A DNA stretch of 64,000 nucleotides from the NCBI GenBank assembly GCA_038871515.1, contig JAVZHX010000001.1, positions 352,001 through 416,000 of the forward strand. Direction: 5' to 3'. This document shows, one piece after another, positions 37,856 through 47,243 of the stretch. The notes beneath the pieces are model-generated. The model was not told the origin of the DNA. It searched no databases and worked only from the letters and a program-made list of their open reading frames with translations. The translations under genes were made by a program, and so were the position numbers. The stretch is from Candidatus Micrarchaeia archaeon. Lineage in GTDB: Archaea; Micrarchaeota; Micrarchaeia; Burarchaeales; Fermentimicrarchaeaceae. The first letter of the stretch is position 1; each line of letters opens with the position of its first letter.

Positions 37856-39040
37856 TTACTCGGTTTTCTTTGCTCTGCGCGGTTTCTCAAGTTGCTCCTC
37901 TCCAACTCTCCTCTTCTTTCTCAGATACTCTGCTGTTATAATGGAAATGGCTCCTGGTATGAAGAGGAGAAGGAATTCATACAGCCACTTTAATGTTGGC
38001 GAGTCGCTGTAGAGAAACTCATTAAATCCAAATAGGAAGAGAAGCACTGCTGGCAAAACAAGTACGATGCCTGCAATGTAGAGGGATGTTTTCAAGCCAC
38101 TTGCCTCCTCCCCGTCTTTTAATGATAAATCATCGCCAATTTTTGAGAAAGCAATTGCAAGCGCTGCAAAAACCAATGACTCAAAAAACCAGTTCAAATC
38201 CTTTGCTCCATACTCTCTGTAAATGTAATCAAACGAGCTGAATATGTAAACTCCCAGTGTGATTATCACGAAGAAAACTCCAAGGGTTGCTGAGGGGAAG
38301 GAGAAGATGGATTTTGGAAATCCTTCCTTCCTCCTTATATTCTCGCTTACTTTCAGTAAGTAGTAAGAAAGTATGCCGAAAATGAATGTTTCAATCACCC
38401 ACGCCAAGCTCTGCCTGTAATCAGTATAGTCTTTTAAGTGCATAAAGGTGTGGAAGCCTGAAGTGAAGAGAAGGAAGGTTGAAAGCAACATGAACGCTCC
38501 AATGGGGGAGAGCACAGGTGGAATAACAGAGCGCTCCTCCCCTGCTTCTTTCCTATAATATTCTGCTCCGTATAATAATATTGCTCCGATTATTCCGTAC
38601 ACAATTGCTTGTATGAACCAGCCGTACTGCTGTCCAAAGGTGGGTTTCTTAGTTGTTTCGTATGCAGTGAATGTGAGCAAATCATGCAAGCCAGCAACGA
38701 AGCTGTAGGCGCTCATAAAGAGGAAAACTACTGCGCCAAGCGCAAGCAGTGTTGGTATGTTTGCTTTAATTGTTTCTCTTAGTGTGACAAGAGACCAGGA
38801 AAAGATGAGTAAGGCGAGAATGAATGCAACGATGAAGCCTCCTCTTGCAAGTGGGTTGTAAACATGGTATCTGCCAGATACCCCATAGGCAGTTTGCGTT
38901 ATAGCAGCAGCCATCTCTCCTTCACCAGGTGCTTCGCGGGCGCCTGCTGGGGACAAAACGCCTAAGTAGAATAAGGGCATTCCAAAGAGAATGAGGAAAA
39001 CCAAAGCTGCCAGAATTAACCAGATAACCTTGTTGTCCAT
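37856..39040 (-). CDS. Polytopic membrane protein with four internal two-TM repeats
   Basis: Repeated pattern F..G.(H/N)...Y...W..(E/Q)......(E/D)..R.K.G..S. Confidence 0.75.
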   Translation of the reverse strand: MDNKVIWLILAALVFLILFGMPLFYLGVLSPAGAREAPGEGEMAAAITQTAYGVSGRYHVYNPLARGGFIVAFILALLIFSWSLVTLRETIKANIPTLLALGAVVFLFMSAYSFVAGLHDLLTFTAYETTKKPTFGQQYGWFIQAIVYGIIGAILLYGAEYYRKEAGEERSVIPPVLSPIGAFMLLSTFLLFTSGFHTFMHLKDYTDYRQSLAWVIETFIFGILSYYLLKVSENIRRKEGFPKSIFSFPSATLGVFFVIITLGVYIFSSFDYIYREYGAKDLNWFFESLVFAALAIAFSKIGDDLSLKDGEEASGLKTSLYIAGIVLVLPAVLLFLFGFNEFLYSDSPTLKWLYEFLLLFIPGAISIITAEYLRKKRRVGEEQLEKPRRAKKTE

Positions 39041-39096
39041 ACCACCACCGAATAGATATTGAGAACGAGGTTATTATTATTTACTATTTTATTCGG

Positions 39097-39279
39097 TTAT
39101 TTTCTTTTAAAAGAGATTGCATTCTCCGGGCAGTTCAAAACACATGCTTTGCAGTGAATGCAAGCGTCTGGGTGAATAACAACAGAAATGCCTTCATGAA
39201 TTTCAAAAACTTCTGTTGGACAGACTGCAACGCAGGTTCCGCATCCTATGCAACGCGATTTGTCAACTCTTGGCGCCAT
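39097..39279 (-). CDS. 2[4Fe-4S] ferredoxin
   Basis: CIGCGTCVAVCP and CIHCKACVLNCP. Confidence 0.92.
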   Translation of the reverse strand: MAPRVDKSRCIGCGTCVAVCPTEVFEIHEGISVVIHPDACIHCKACVLNCPENAISFKRK

Positions 39280-39341
39280 GAAAAAATTTTGGTGGAAAAA
39301 TATTAATAGGTTGGTGTGAGAATAGTAACCGGGGTGAATTC

Positions 39342-39851
39342 TTGTTATATGTTTACACTGGAGAGGGTGGGGGGAAAACAACGGCTGCACTTGGTTTGGC
39401 GTTGAGGTCTGTAGGGCATGGGCACAAAGTTGTGATAGTTCAGTTTATGAAAGGAAGGAAAGATATTGGGGAGTGGAAGATTGCGAGGAGGTTGGCTCCG
39501 CAGTATGAGATACATCAGTTTGGAAGGGAGGGGTTTGTGGATTTGAAAAATCCGTCTGAGGAGGATAAGCAGCTCGCTAAAAGGGGGTTGGAGTTTGCTA
39601 GGGAGGTTGCCCTCAAAAAACCAAATCTTTTGATTTTGGATGAGCTGAACCTCGCAGTTGCAATTGGTTTGGTGAAAGTTGAGGAAGTGATGAGGTTAAT
39701 TGATGAAATTCCAAATGATGTTGTAGTTGTTATTACTGGAAGGTATGCGCCGAAGGAGCTGATTGATAAAGCGGATTTTGTGAATGAGGTGAAGGATGTG
39801 AAGCATCCTTTCAAAAAGGGAATTCCTGCGAAGGAGGGAATTCAGTATTAG
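39342..39851 (+). CDS. cobO: Cob(I)alamin adenosyltransferase (CobO/BtuR type)
   Basis: YTGEGGGKTTAALG, VQFMKG, ILDEL, ITGR, KHPF..G. Confidence 0.93.
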   Translation: MLYVYTGEGGGKTTAALGLALRSVGHGHKVVIVQFMKGRKDIGEWKIARRLAPQYEIHQFGREGFVDLKNPSEEDKQLAKRGLEFAREVALKKPNLLILDELNLAVAIGLVKVEEVMRLIDEIPNDVVVVITGRYAPKELIDKADFVNEVKDVKHPFKKGIPAKEGIQY

Positions 39852-39859
39852 GTGTGTTG

Positions 39860-40324
39860 ATGAGATGTCCGTATTGTTCATCTGAAAAGACAAGGGTGAT
39901 TGATTCAAGGGATTTAGGGGAGCTTGAGATAACGAGAAGGAGGAGGGAGTGCAGGAAGTGCAAGAAGAGATTCACCACGTACGAGAGAGTTGAGACGATT
40001 GATTTGGTTGTTATAAAGAAGGATGGGAGAAGGGAGAAGTTTGACAGAGGTAAATTGCTTGCGGGAGTGCAGAAAGCATGCGAGAAAAGACCTATCAGTC
40101 AGGAGAGAATTGAGAAGCTTGTTGAGGAAATTGAGAGAGAGTTGAGGAATATGGATAGTTTAGAAGTTGAGAGCAAGGTGATTGGGGAGCTGGTGATGAA
40201 GAAGTTGAAAAAACTTGATAAGGTTGCGTATATACGTTTTGCTTCTGTTTACAGGGAGTTTGCGGATATTGAGTCATTTGAAAAGGAGCTGAGGGCGTTG
40301 AGAAAGAAGCTGAAAAGAAGGTGA
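39860..40324 (+). CDS. nrdR: Transcriptional repressor NrdR
   Basis: MRCPYC...VIDSR...RRRREC..C..RFTTYE, ATP cone, VAYIRFASVY. Confidence 0.96.
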   Translation: MRCPYCSSEKTRVIDSRDLGELEITRRRRECRKCKKRFTTYERVETIDLVVIKKDGRREKFDRGKLLAGVQKACEKRPISQERIEKLVEEIERELRNMDSLEVESKVIGELVMKKLKKLDKVAYIRFASVYREFADIESFEKELRALRKKLKRR

Positions 40325-40343
40325 GCGCAAGGTTTATATACAA

Positions 40344-40391
40344 ATTTGATATATAGTATTTGGTTTCTTTTTAAACCACAATATATTGTGT
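40344..40391. promoter_or_regulatory. Tandem NrdR boxes: weak ATTTGATATATAGTAT (40344-59) and strong CCACAATATATTGTGT (40376-91)
   Basis: The strong box contains the palindrome CACAATATATTGTG, matching the bacterial NrdR consensus. Boxes are 32 bp apart; TATA-like TTTATATA at 40333-40. Confidence 0.8.
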
Positions 40392-40406
40392 TAAACTGGT
40401 GGTAGA

Positions 40407-43400
40407 ATGGCTGAGGGAAAAGTGACGCAGATTAAAAAGAGAGATGGGAGAATTGTTGAGTTTGATAAAAGCAAAATTACGAATGCAATTTTCAAAGCAG
40501 CTGTTGCAGTTGGAGGGGAGGATAAGGAGTTGGCTGAGAAGCTGGCGGACCAGGTTGTGGAGATTGTGAATGAGAGGTTTGCTGGTGGAATTCCAACTGT
40601 TGAGGATGTGCAGGATATTGTGGAGAAAGTTCTTATTGAGAATGGGCATGCGAAAACTGCAAAAGCGTACATTCTTTACAGGCAGAAGAGAGCAATTCTG
40701 AGAGAGTTGAAAGCAGAGCTGTTGAATGTACCTGTTGATGAAGTTGATAATAAGTTAACTGTGAATGCGATAAAGGTTTTGGAGAGAAGGTATTTGAGAA
40801 AGGATAAGAATGGGCAGGTGGTTGAAACACCAAAGCAGATGTTCAGGAGAGTTGCAAGGGCAATTGCAATTGTGGATATGTTGTATGACAGAAACGTTGA
40901 TACGCTTGCTGTTGAGGAGGAGTTTTACAATATGATGGTGAATTTGGAGTTTCTTCCAAATTCGCCAACGTTGATGAACGCAGGCACGGAAATAGGACAG
41001 CTTTCAGCTTGCTTTGTGCTTCCTGTTGAGGATTCGATTGAGAGTATTTTCAAAGCAGTGAAGGATACTGCGTTAATTCACCAAAGTGGTGGAGGGTGCA
41101 TTCTTGAGGGTTCAAAAGTTTTCACAACAATGTGTGGAATAGAGAATATAGAGGAAGTGTATGGGAAGTGTAGTGAAGGGAAGCAGGTTGTGAGGGAGGA
41201 AGGATGTGAGTGGGTGGATGTTTCGGATAGAGGTATTTACACTCTAGCATTTAATCCGGTTGATGGTTCATTCTTAAAAGATAGAGTAGTGAAAGTGTGG
41301 AAGTACAAAAATGTCAATCCAGCTTACAAAGTTGAAACAAGTGGAGGGAAGGTTATTACAAGCGCATGGCATCCTTTCTTTGTTTTAACTGAGAATGGTG
41401 TTGAGGAGAGACGTGCTGATGAGTTGAAAGTTGGGGATGTTGTTGTCAGAGCTAATGAAACTGTTCTTTCTGCTTGGCCATTTAAATCATTCAATCAAGT
41501 TGGAGATGTGGTGGTGGATGAGGAAGTTGCGTGGTTGCTTGGGTTCTGGAGTGGGGATGGGTCAGTTGGAAATTCAAAGAATGGATTGCGCTTCCGTCTT
41601 TTTGACGGTAGAGTGGACTGTCTTAAGAAAGCACAAAAAATATTGAGCGAAAAGTTTGGGGTGAATGTGAAAATACATAAAGATGGAAGAGGGGCGTATG
41701 TTTTAACAACAACAGATAAGAAGTTTGTTAGGAGTTGGCTTGCTCTCAACGGTGGGATTATTGGTTCAAAGGAGGGGAAGTTAAACGTGCCTTCTTTCAT
41801 AATAAAGTCTCCGTTGAGTGTGCTTTGCGCATACCTCGCTGGGCTTGTGGATTCGGACGGGTATGTTGATAATAGGAATTCAAGAGTTTCTTTTGCAACT
41901 ACTTCATGTGATTTGGCGGAGCAGCTTGTTTATGTTCTATCTCTTCTAACGCTCGAGCCAAGAATTAGAAAAAGGCTTCCGTATGGGAATGGCAGAAAAG
42001 TTGTTTATGAGGTTACTTTCACAACAAGAGAGAGAAGCAAAAAACTAAAGGAGCTTTTATTGCCGTATATAAGCGACAGTTTCAAGAGAGAGAGGCTTGC
42101 TAACCAAAAAAGTTCAAGGGCGGGCAGGGAGAGGTCGCTGCCAATAAAGTTTGAAGTTGTTGAGAAATTCTTGAAACAGTTAGGTGTGGAAACGTGTTCA
42201 ACTGAAATACACAGAAAACCTGTGCGAATTGGTAGTAAGAAATTTTGGCTGCATCGCTTTAAATGGGGGATGGGGGTGAATAGGTCGTACCTGCTTGAGC
42301 TGTTGCAGGAGATGCAAAAGGAAGTTAAGGGAGATGCAAAGGGGGAAGTTGCAAAGTTGATTAGAGTTGTGCAGACGTGTGCTGTTGTTAAAAAAATTAC
42401 AAAAATTAAAACGAACAAAGCTTTCTATGATTTTACAGTTGAGAGACATCAGAATTATCTTGCAGGCGTAAATGGTTTTGCTGTAGTTCACAATACTGGC
42501 TTCTCCTTCTCTCATCTCAGACCGAAGGGTGATGTTGTTAAGTCAACCGGTGGAATTGCAAGCGGCCCTGTTTCTTTCATGAGGGTGTTTGATGTTTCAA
42601 CAGACGTGATTAAACAGGGGGGGAAGAGAAGAGGAGCGAATATGGGAATTCTGAGGGTTGATCATCCGGATATATTGGAGTTCATAATGGCGAAGAGCAG
42701 CAATCATGCATTGAATAACTTCAATATTTCGGTTGCAATCACCGATAAGTTTATGGAAGCGCTTGAAAAGGATGTGGAGTATGAGTTAATTAACCCAAGG
42801 AATGGGGAGGTGGTTGATAAGCTGCCTGCTAGGAAAGTTTTCAAGCTGATTGTTCAGCAGGCGTGGAAGAATGGGGAGCCTGGAGTGATCTTCATTGATA
42901 GAATAAATGCAGCAAATCCAACTCCGTCTGTTGGGGTGATTGAGAGCACGAATCCATGCGTGGCTGGTGAAACATTGGTTTCAACAGAAAATGGTTTGGA
43001 GAGAATGGAGGAAATTGTGAGTCAGAACAAGGAAGTTAGGATTGCAACTGATGTCAGAGTTCCAATTGGAGTTCCAGAAGGCAGCGGTATGAAAATGCTT
43101 CTGAAGAATAAACAGTCCTGCGGCACTAAATTAAGAGCAGTATCGCATGTCTGGAAAGTTGGCCCAAGAGAAACAATGAAAGTTACAACAAAGGCGGGTT
43201 ATGAACTAACTGCAACGCCAGATCATAAAGTATTGACAGACGAGGGGTGGGTGGAGCTTGGAAATTTGGTTCCGAATAAGCATAAAGTGCTCATACAATC
43301 GGGGGAGGGGCACTTCAGCAAAAATTATATACTGCCTTTTAAAGTGGAATTCAAATTCAAAGGTTTGAATGGTCGTATTTACACACATAATTTTCCAGAG

Positions 43401-45200
43401 AAGTGGTCTAAAGAGCTCGGCCAGGTTTTGGGTTGGCTTGTTGGTGATGGTTGGTTGGTTGAGCATAAAAAGAATTGTAGGGTGGGCTTTACTTTTTCAA
43501 AAGAAGATTTAGAGATGTTAAATTACTTTAAACCAATTATTGACGGAATGTATGGAGAAAAGGTGAAAGAAGTTAAAAGAGGAAATGGAGTGGTTCATTT
43601 ATCATACCATTCAAAATATTTTGTTGATTTTTTCAAGAAGTTGGGTGTAGAAAGTGTTGGTGGGGATAGCAAAGTTGTTCCGAAAAGTATTTTTACTGCA
43701 CCAAAAGAAGCAGTGGTAGGATTTCTACAAGCCCTGTTCAGTTCTGATGGGACAGTGAGAGATAGTAAAAAAAGTGAAAGTGATTGGGTTGCTCTTACAT
43801 CAAAGAGTTTGAAGTTGATTCAAGATGTTCAATTATTGCTTTTGAATTTTGGGATAAAAAGTGTCATCTATAACCGTTCAAGAGCACCAAGAGATGGTTT
43901 ATTCGAATACATTGGAAAGGATGGTAAAAAGAAAACATATTCTTCAGATGGAGTGTTGTTTGAGCTGGGAATTTTTGGGTTGAATATAGATTTATTCAAA
44001 AAGAAGATAGGGTTTATGGATTCCAGAAAAATGCGTAGGTTGAACAGGATAAGATATAGAAAACGAAGAGCTCAGCAATTCTTTGATACTGTTGTTAGAG
44101 TTGAAAGAAGTGGCGTGAAGGATGTATTCGATTTAACAGAACCGTTAACACATTCCATGATTTGTAATGGTTTGGTGGTTCATCAGTGTGGTGAACAACC
44201 TCTCTTGCCTTACGAGTCGTGCAATCTGGGTTCAATAAACCTTGCGAGAATGGTGAACGAGAAGGGTGAAATTGACTGGGAGAAGTTAAAGAGAGTTGTT
44301 TGGTCAGCAGTGCATTTTCTTGATAATGTGATTGATGCGAATAAATACCCAATTCCTGAAATTGAGAAAATGACGAAAGCGAACAGGAAGATTGGGTTGG
44401 GTGTTATGGGGTTTGCTGACATGCTTTTCCAGTTGGGAGTTCCGTATGATTCTGAGCAGGCAGTTGAAATTGCTGAAAAAGTTATGAAGTTCATAGATGA
44501 GGAAAGCAAGAAAGCATCTGCTGCGCTTGCGAAGAAGAGAGGTGCTTTCCCGAATTTTGAGAAGAGTGTGTATAAGCAGAAAGGTTTTCCAAAGCTGAGG
44601 AATGCAACAACGACAACGATTGCGCCAACTGGAACTTTGAGCATAATTGCTGGTTGCTCAAGTGGGATAGAACCGCTTTTTGCAATTGCGTATATAAGGA
44701 GAGTGATGGACAACACCGAGCTTTTGGAGGTGCATCCTGTTTTTGAGAGAATTGCAAGGAAGGAGGGGTTCTACAGTTTGGAGTTGATAAGAAAAATTGC
44801 CAGAACAGGAGGGGTGAGCAACGTTGAGGAAGTCCCTGAAAAGTGGAGGAAAGTTTTCAGAGTTGCATATGATGTTTCTCCGGAGTGGCATGTTAGAATA
44901 CAGGCTGCTTTCCAGAAGCATACTGATAATGCAGTTTCAAAAACGATAAACTTTCCGGTGGATGCAACTCCCGAGGATGTGGAGAAGGTGTATCTGCTTG
45001 CGTATAAACTTGGGTGCAAGGGAGTTACTGTTTACAGGGATAAGAGCAGGGAGGGGCAGGTGCTGAGCATTGAAGCATTTAAGAAAGGAACACCAGAGAA
45101 AATTGTGGAGGAGAGCGTTGTTTCCCATCCTGCAGGTGCTGAGGAGAATGGAGCGGTTTCAAGTGAGTATGTTGGTGGATGTAGAACGTGTCATGCGTAG
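40407..45200 (+). CDS. nrdJ: Class II (AdoCbl-dependent) ribonucleotide reductase with an ATP cone and two inteins
   Basis: PNSPTLMNAG, LSACFV, GGKRRGANM, NP/CGEQ, TIAPTG, C-terminal CRTC. About 721 aa after splicing. Confidence 0.96.
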   Translation: MAEGKVTQIKKRDGRIVEFDKSKITNAIFKAAVAVGGEDKELAEKLADQVVEIVNERFAGGIPTVEDVQDIVEKVLIENGHAKTAKAYILYRQKRAILRELKAELLNVPVDEVDNKLTVNAIKVLERRYLRKDKNGQVVETPKQMFRRVARAIAIVDMLYDRNVDTLAVEEEFYNMMVNLEFLPNSPTLMNAGTEIGQLSACFVLPVEDSIESIFKAVKDTALIHQSGGGCILEGSKVFTTMCGIENIEEVYGKCSEGKQVVREEGCEWVDVSDRGIYTLAFNPVDGSFLKDRVVKVWKYKNVNPAYKVETSGGKVITSAWHPFFVLTENGVEERRADELKVGDVVVRANETVLSAWPFKSFNQVGDVVVDEEVAWLLGFWSGDGSVGNSKNGLRFRLFDGRVDCLKKAQKILSEKFGVNVKIHKDGRGAYVLTTTDKKFVRSWLALNGGIIGSKEGKLNVPSFIIKSPLSVLCAYLAGLVDSDGYVDNRNSRVSFATTSCDLAEQLVYVLSLLTLEPRIRKRLPYGNGRKVVYEVTFTTRERSKKLKELLLPYISDSFKRERLANQKSSRAGRERSLPIKFEVVEKFLKQLGVETCSTEIHRKPVRIGSKKFWLHRFKWGMGVNRSYLLELLQEMQKEVKGDAKGEVAKLIRVVQTCAVVKKITKIKTNKAFYDFTVERHQNYLAGVNGFAVVHNTGFSFSHLRPKGDVVKSTGGIASGPVSFMRVFDVSTDVIKQGGKRRGANMGILRVDHPDILEFIMAKSSNHALNNFNISVAITDKFMEALEKDVEYELINPRNGEVVDKLPARKVFKLIVQQAWKNGEPGVIFIDRINAANPTPSVGVIESTNPCVAGETLVSTENGLERMEEIVSQNKEVRIATDVRVPIGVPEGSGMKMLLKNKQSCGTKLRAVSHVWKVGPRETMKVTTKAGYELTATPDHKVLTDEGWVELGNLVPNKHKVLIQSGEGHFSKNYILPFKVEFKFKGLNGRIYTHNFPEKWSKELGQVLGWLVGDGWLVEHKKNCRVGFTFSKEDLEMLNYFKPIIDGMYGEKVKEVKRGNGVVHLSYHSKYFVDFFKKLGVESVGGDSKVVPKSIFTAPKEAVVGFLQALFSSDGTVRDSKKSESDWVALTSKSLKLIQDVQLLLLNFGIKSVIYNRSRAPRDGLFEYIGKDGKKKTYSSDGVLFELGIFGLNIDLFKKKIGFMDSRKMRRLNRIRYRKRRAQQFFDTVVRVERSGVKDVFDLTEPLTHSMICNGLVVHQCGEQPLLPYESCNLGSINLARMVNEKGEIDWEKLKRVVWSAVHFLDNVIDANKYPIPEIEKMTKANRKIGLGVMGFADMLFQLGVPYDSEQAVEIAEKVMKFIDEESKKASAALAKKRGAFPNFEKSVYKQKGFPKLRNATTTTIAPTGTLSIIAGCSSGIEPLFAIAYIRRVMDNTELLEVHPVFERIARKEGFYSLELIRKIARTGGVSNVEEVPEKWRKVFRVAYDVSPEWHVRIQAAFQKHTDNAVSKTINFPVDATPEDVEKVYLLAYKLGCKGVTVYRDKSREGQVLSIEAFKKGTPEKIVEESVVSHPAGAEENGAVSSEYVGGCRTCHA
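41097..42494 (+). mobile_element. Intein 1 (466 aa) with a LAGLIDADG homing endonuclease
   Basis: GGG|CILEG...VVHN|TG; motifs LLGFWSGDG and YLAGLVDSDG. Confidence 0.95.
42957..44186 (+). mobile_element. Intein 2 (410 aa) with a LAGLIDADG endonuclease and C-terminal Gln
   Basis: NP|CVAGE...VVHQ|CGEQ; motifs VLGWLVGDG and FLQALFSSDG. Confidence 0.95.
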
Positions 45201-45208
45201 GTTTTTGG

Positions 45209-45862
45209 ATGACTGAGGCACTTTTCTGGAAAGATCCGTATATGAAGGAGTTTGAGGGAAGAATTGTTTCAGTTAATGGAAGGGAGGTTGTGCTTGACAG
45301 GAGCTGCTTCTTCCCGCAAGGGGGAGGGCAGGTTGGCGATACAGGTTTTTTGAATGATGTGAGAGTGATTGATACAAGAAAAGATGAAAGTTATAATGTG
45401 ATTCATTTTCTTGAGAGGGAAGCGCCTTTCCAAGTTGGTGAAGTTGTGAAAGGTAAGATAGATTGGGAGAGGAGGTATAGGATAATGAGGTTGCATTCGG
45501 CAGCGCATGTTGTTTATTATCTGATGATTGAAACTTTTGGGGAGAGCTGTAAACTTGCTTCATCGGGTATTGTGAATGAGAAAAAAGATATAACGGATTA
45601 TTTGATTGATTCTTTCAGCAGGGAGAAGCTTGCAGAGGTTGAGAGAAGAGCAAATGAAATTATAAAGAAGGGTGGGGAGATAAGGACGTGGAGCGATGAG
45701 CAAAAGTTAAATTATCGTTACTGGGAGATTGATGGTTTTCCAAAGATGCCGTGCGGTGGAACCCACCCAAAAAGGTTGGAGGAGATTGGTGAAATAATTG
45801 TTCAAAGAGGTAAAAAACCGGGTGCTGGGAAGGAGAGGGTGGAGATACTGCTCAGAAACTAA
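45209..45862 (+). CDS. alaX: Alanyl-tRNA editing protein AlaX-M
   Basis: FFPQGGGQ.GD, HSAAH, CGGTH. Confidence 0.92.
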   Translation: MTEALFWKDPYMKEFEGRIVSVNGREVVLDRSCFFPQGGGQVGDTGFLNDVRVIDTRKDESYNVIHFLEREAPFQVGEVVKGKIDWERRYRIMRLHSAAHVVYYLMIETFGESCKLASSGIVNEKKDITDYLIDSFSREKLAEVERRANEIIKKGGEIRTWSDEQKLNYRYWEIDGFPKMPCGGTHPKRLEEIGEIIVQRGKKPGAGKERVEILLRN

Positions 45863-45890
45863 TAAAAAAGAATGAAGAGAAATTGATGAC

Positions 45891-46312
45891 ATGGATTGGA
45901 AGAAATTTGTAAAGCCAGATAAAAGAGTGCTGATGGTTTTCTTAGTCTTAGTTGTATTGTCCGTAGTAATATCAATATTTGTCCGAGGTTCGGCAGGGCA
46001 CCACCGGGATCAGTGTCTGAAAGAGACGCAGGGTCATAAGTTGTGTGATTATATTACTGGGTGGGGGTTTCCTTTTATGTGGATTAATATACACACGGAT
46101 AACGCAGGGTACGAAAGGGATTACTGTAACGATCCAAGTAGATTTTGTGATGTACTTGCATGCTGATAGGTGTTCAAATGTGTGTACGGGTTATGATGTT
46201 TGATCTTGTGAATTTCAGTTTGGATATGATTATTCTGTATCTTGTGGCATTATTGGTTGTGCGCGTTTATGACTATTTGTTCAAAAAGAAAAGTAAGGAA
46301 AAGAAGCGTTAG
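45891..46312 (+). pseudogene. Frameshifted membrane protein gene
   Basis: The ORF stops at 46166. A plausible C-terminal TM plus basic tail (FDLVNFSLDMIILYLVALLVVRVYDYLFKKK) continues in another frame to TAG 46312. Confidence 0.6.
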
Positions 46313-46845
46313 AATTTCTCATAATGAATGATTTCAGTTAATTTTCTTCTTTCTTTAGCTTGTGGTTTCTCATCTGGGTAGCCAACTGCAATTATTCCAA
46401 TTATTTCATATTTTTCAGGTATTTTGAAAAATTTCTTAAGTTCATTTATTGTTTTTTCAACTGCAAGCGGTCTGTACAGCCAAACGCTTCCCAAACCAAG
46501 TGCAGTTGCTGCAAGCAGCATGTTTTCAACAGCAGCTGCTGTGGAAAGTTTGTGGGCTATTTTTTCAGTGTCAGAAAGAGTGATGATAAGAACTGCGTTT
46601 TCAATGAATTCTGTATTCTGCTTGTAGAAGCCTGCTGTGCTTGAAGCTTCGTCGTATATTTCTCTTACTTTTTTCCTTCCTTCGTTGCTGCGCACAATTA
46701 TGAATTCCCATGGTTGGGTGTTCATTGCAGAAGGAGCCCACCTGCCAGCCTCAATTATTTTTTCAATTAATTCAAAAGGAACCTCCTTTTTCTTGAATTT
46801 TCTTACCATTCTTCTTTCCTTCACAACGGTGAAGAAGTCAGGCAT
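46309..46845 (-). CDS. Nitroreductase family protein
   Basis: RRMVRKF, APSAMNTQPW, ENMLLAA..LGLGSVW. Confidence 0.93.
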   Translation of the reverse strand: MPDFFTVVKERRMVRKFKKKEVPFELIEKIIEAGRWAPSAMNTQPWEFIIVRSNEGRKKVREIYDEASSTAGFYKQNTEFIENAVLIITLSDTEKIAHKLSTAAAVENMLLAATALGLGSVWLYRPLAVEKTINELKKFFKIPEKYEIIGIIAVGYPDEKPQAKERRKLTEIIHYEKF

Positions 46846-46877
46846 GTTTTAATTTTTATATACCTATTTAAATAATT

Positions 46878-47243
46878 ATGAAGCTTCTGGAATGGTTGTT
46901 TGGTGTTGTGCTTCACGTTTTTCTTTTTTTCTCCTGGTGTGTTGGGGTTTGGTTGCAGCTGTATGGGGATTTTTGGAGTGGTGTAACTATTGTGGTGCTT
47001 GTGCTTCTTGTTGAGTTAGTGAGGGAGCTGTGGGGGGTGAGGAGGGTTAAGAAGATGGGGTGGTTGAAGATAGCTGGATGGTGCTTTGGTGCTTTCCTTT
47101 CCCTTTTCTTTTTAATTTTCACTGCAGTTATTGCAGTTGTTTTTGGCAGTAGAACGTGGCATATTCTGCTTTTCAACACTGCGCTTTCCACGCTTGTTTT
47201 TCTTTTTGGTTCGGCAGTGATGTTCTGGAGGAGCAGAAAATGA
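46878..47243 (+). CDS. 4-TM membrane protein
   Basis: Hydrophobic; ATGA overlap with the GTPase gene. Confidence 0.65.
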   Translation: MKLLEWLFGVVLHVFLFFSWCVGVWLQLYGDFWSGVTIVVLVLLVELVRELWGVRRVKKMGWLKIAGWCFGAFLSLFFLIFTAVIAVVFGSRTWHILLFNTALSTLVFLFGSAVMFWRSRK

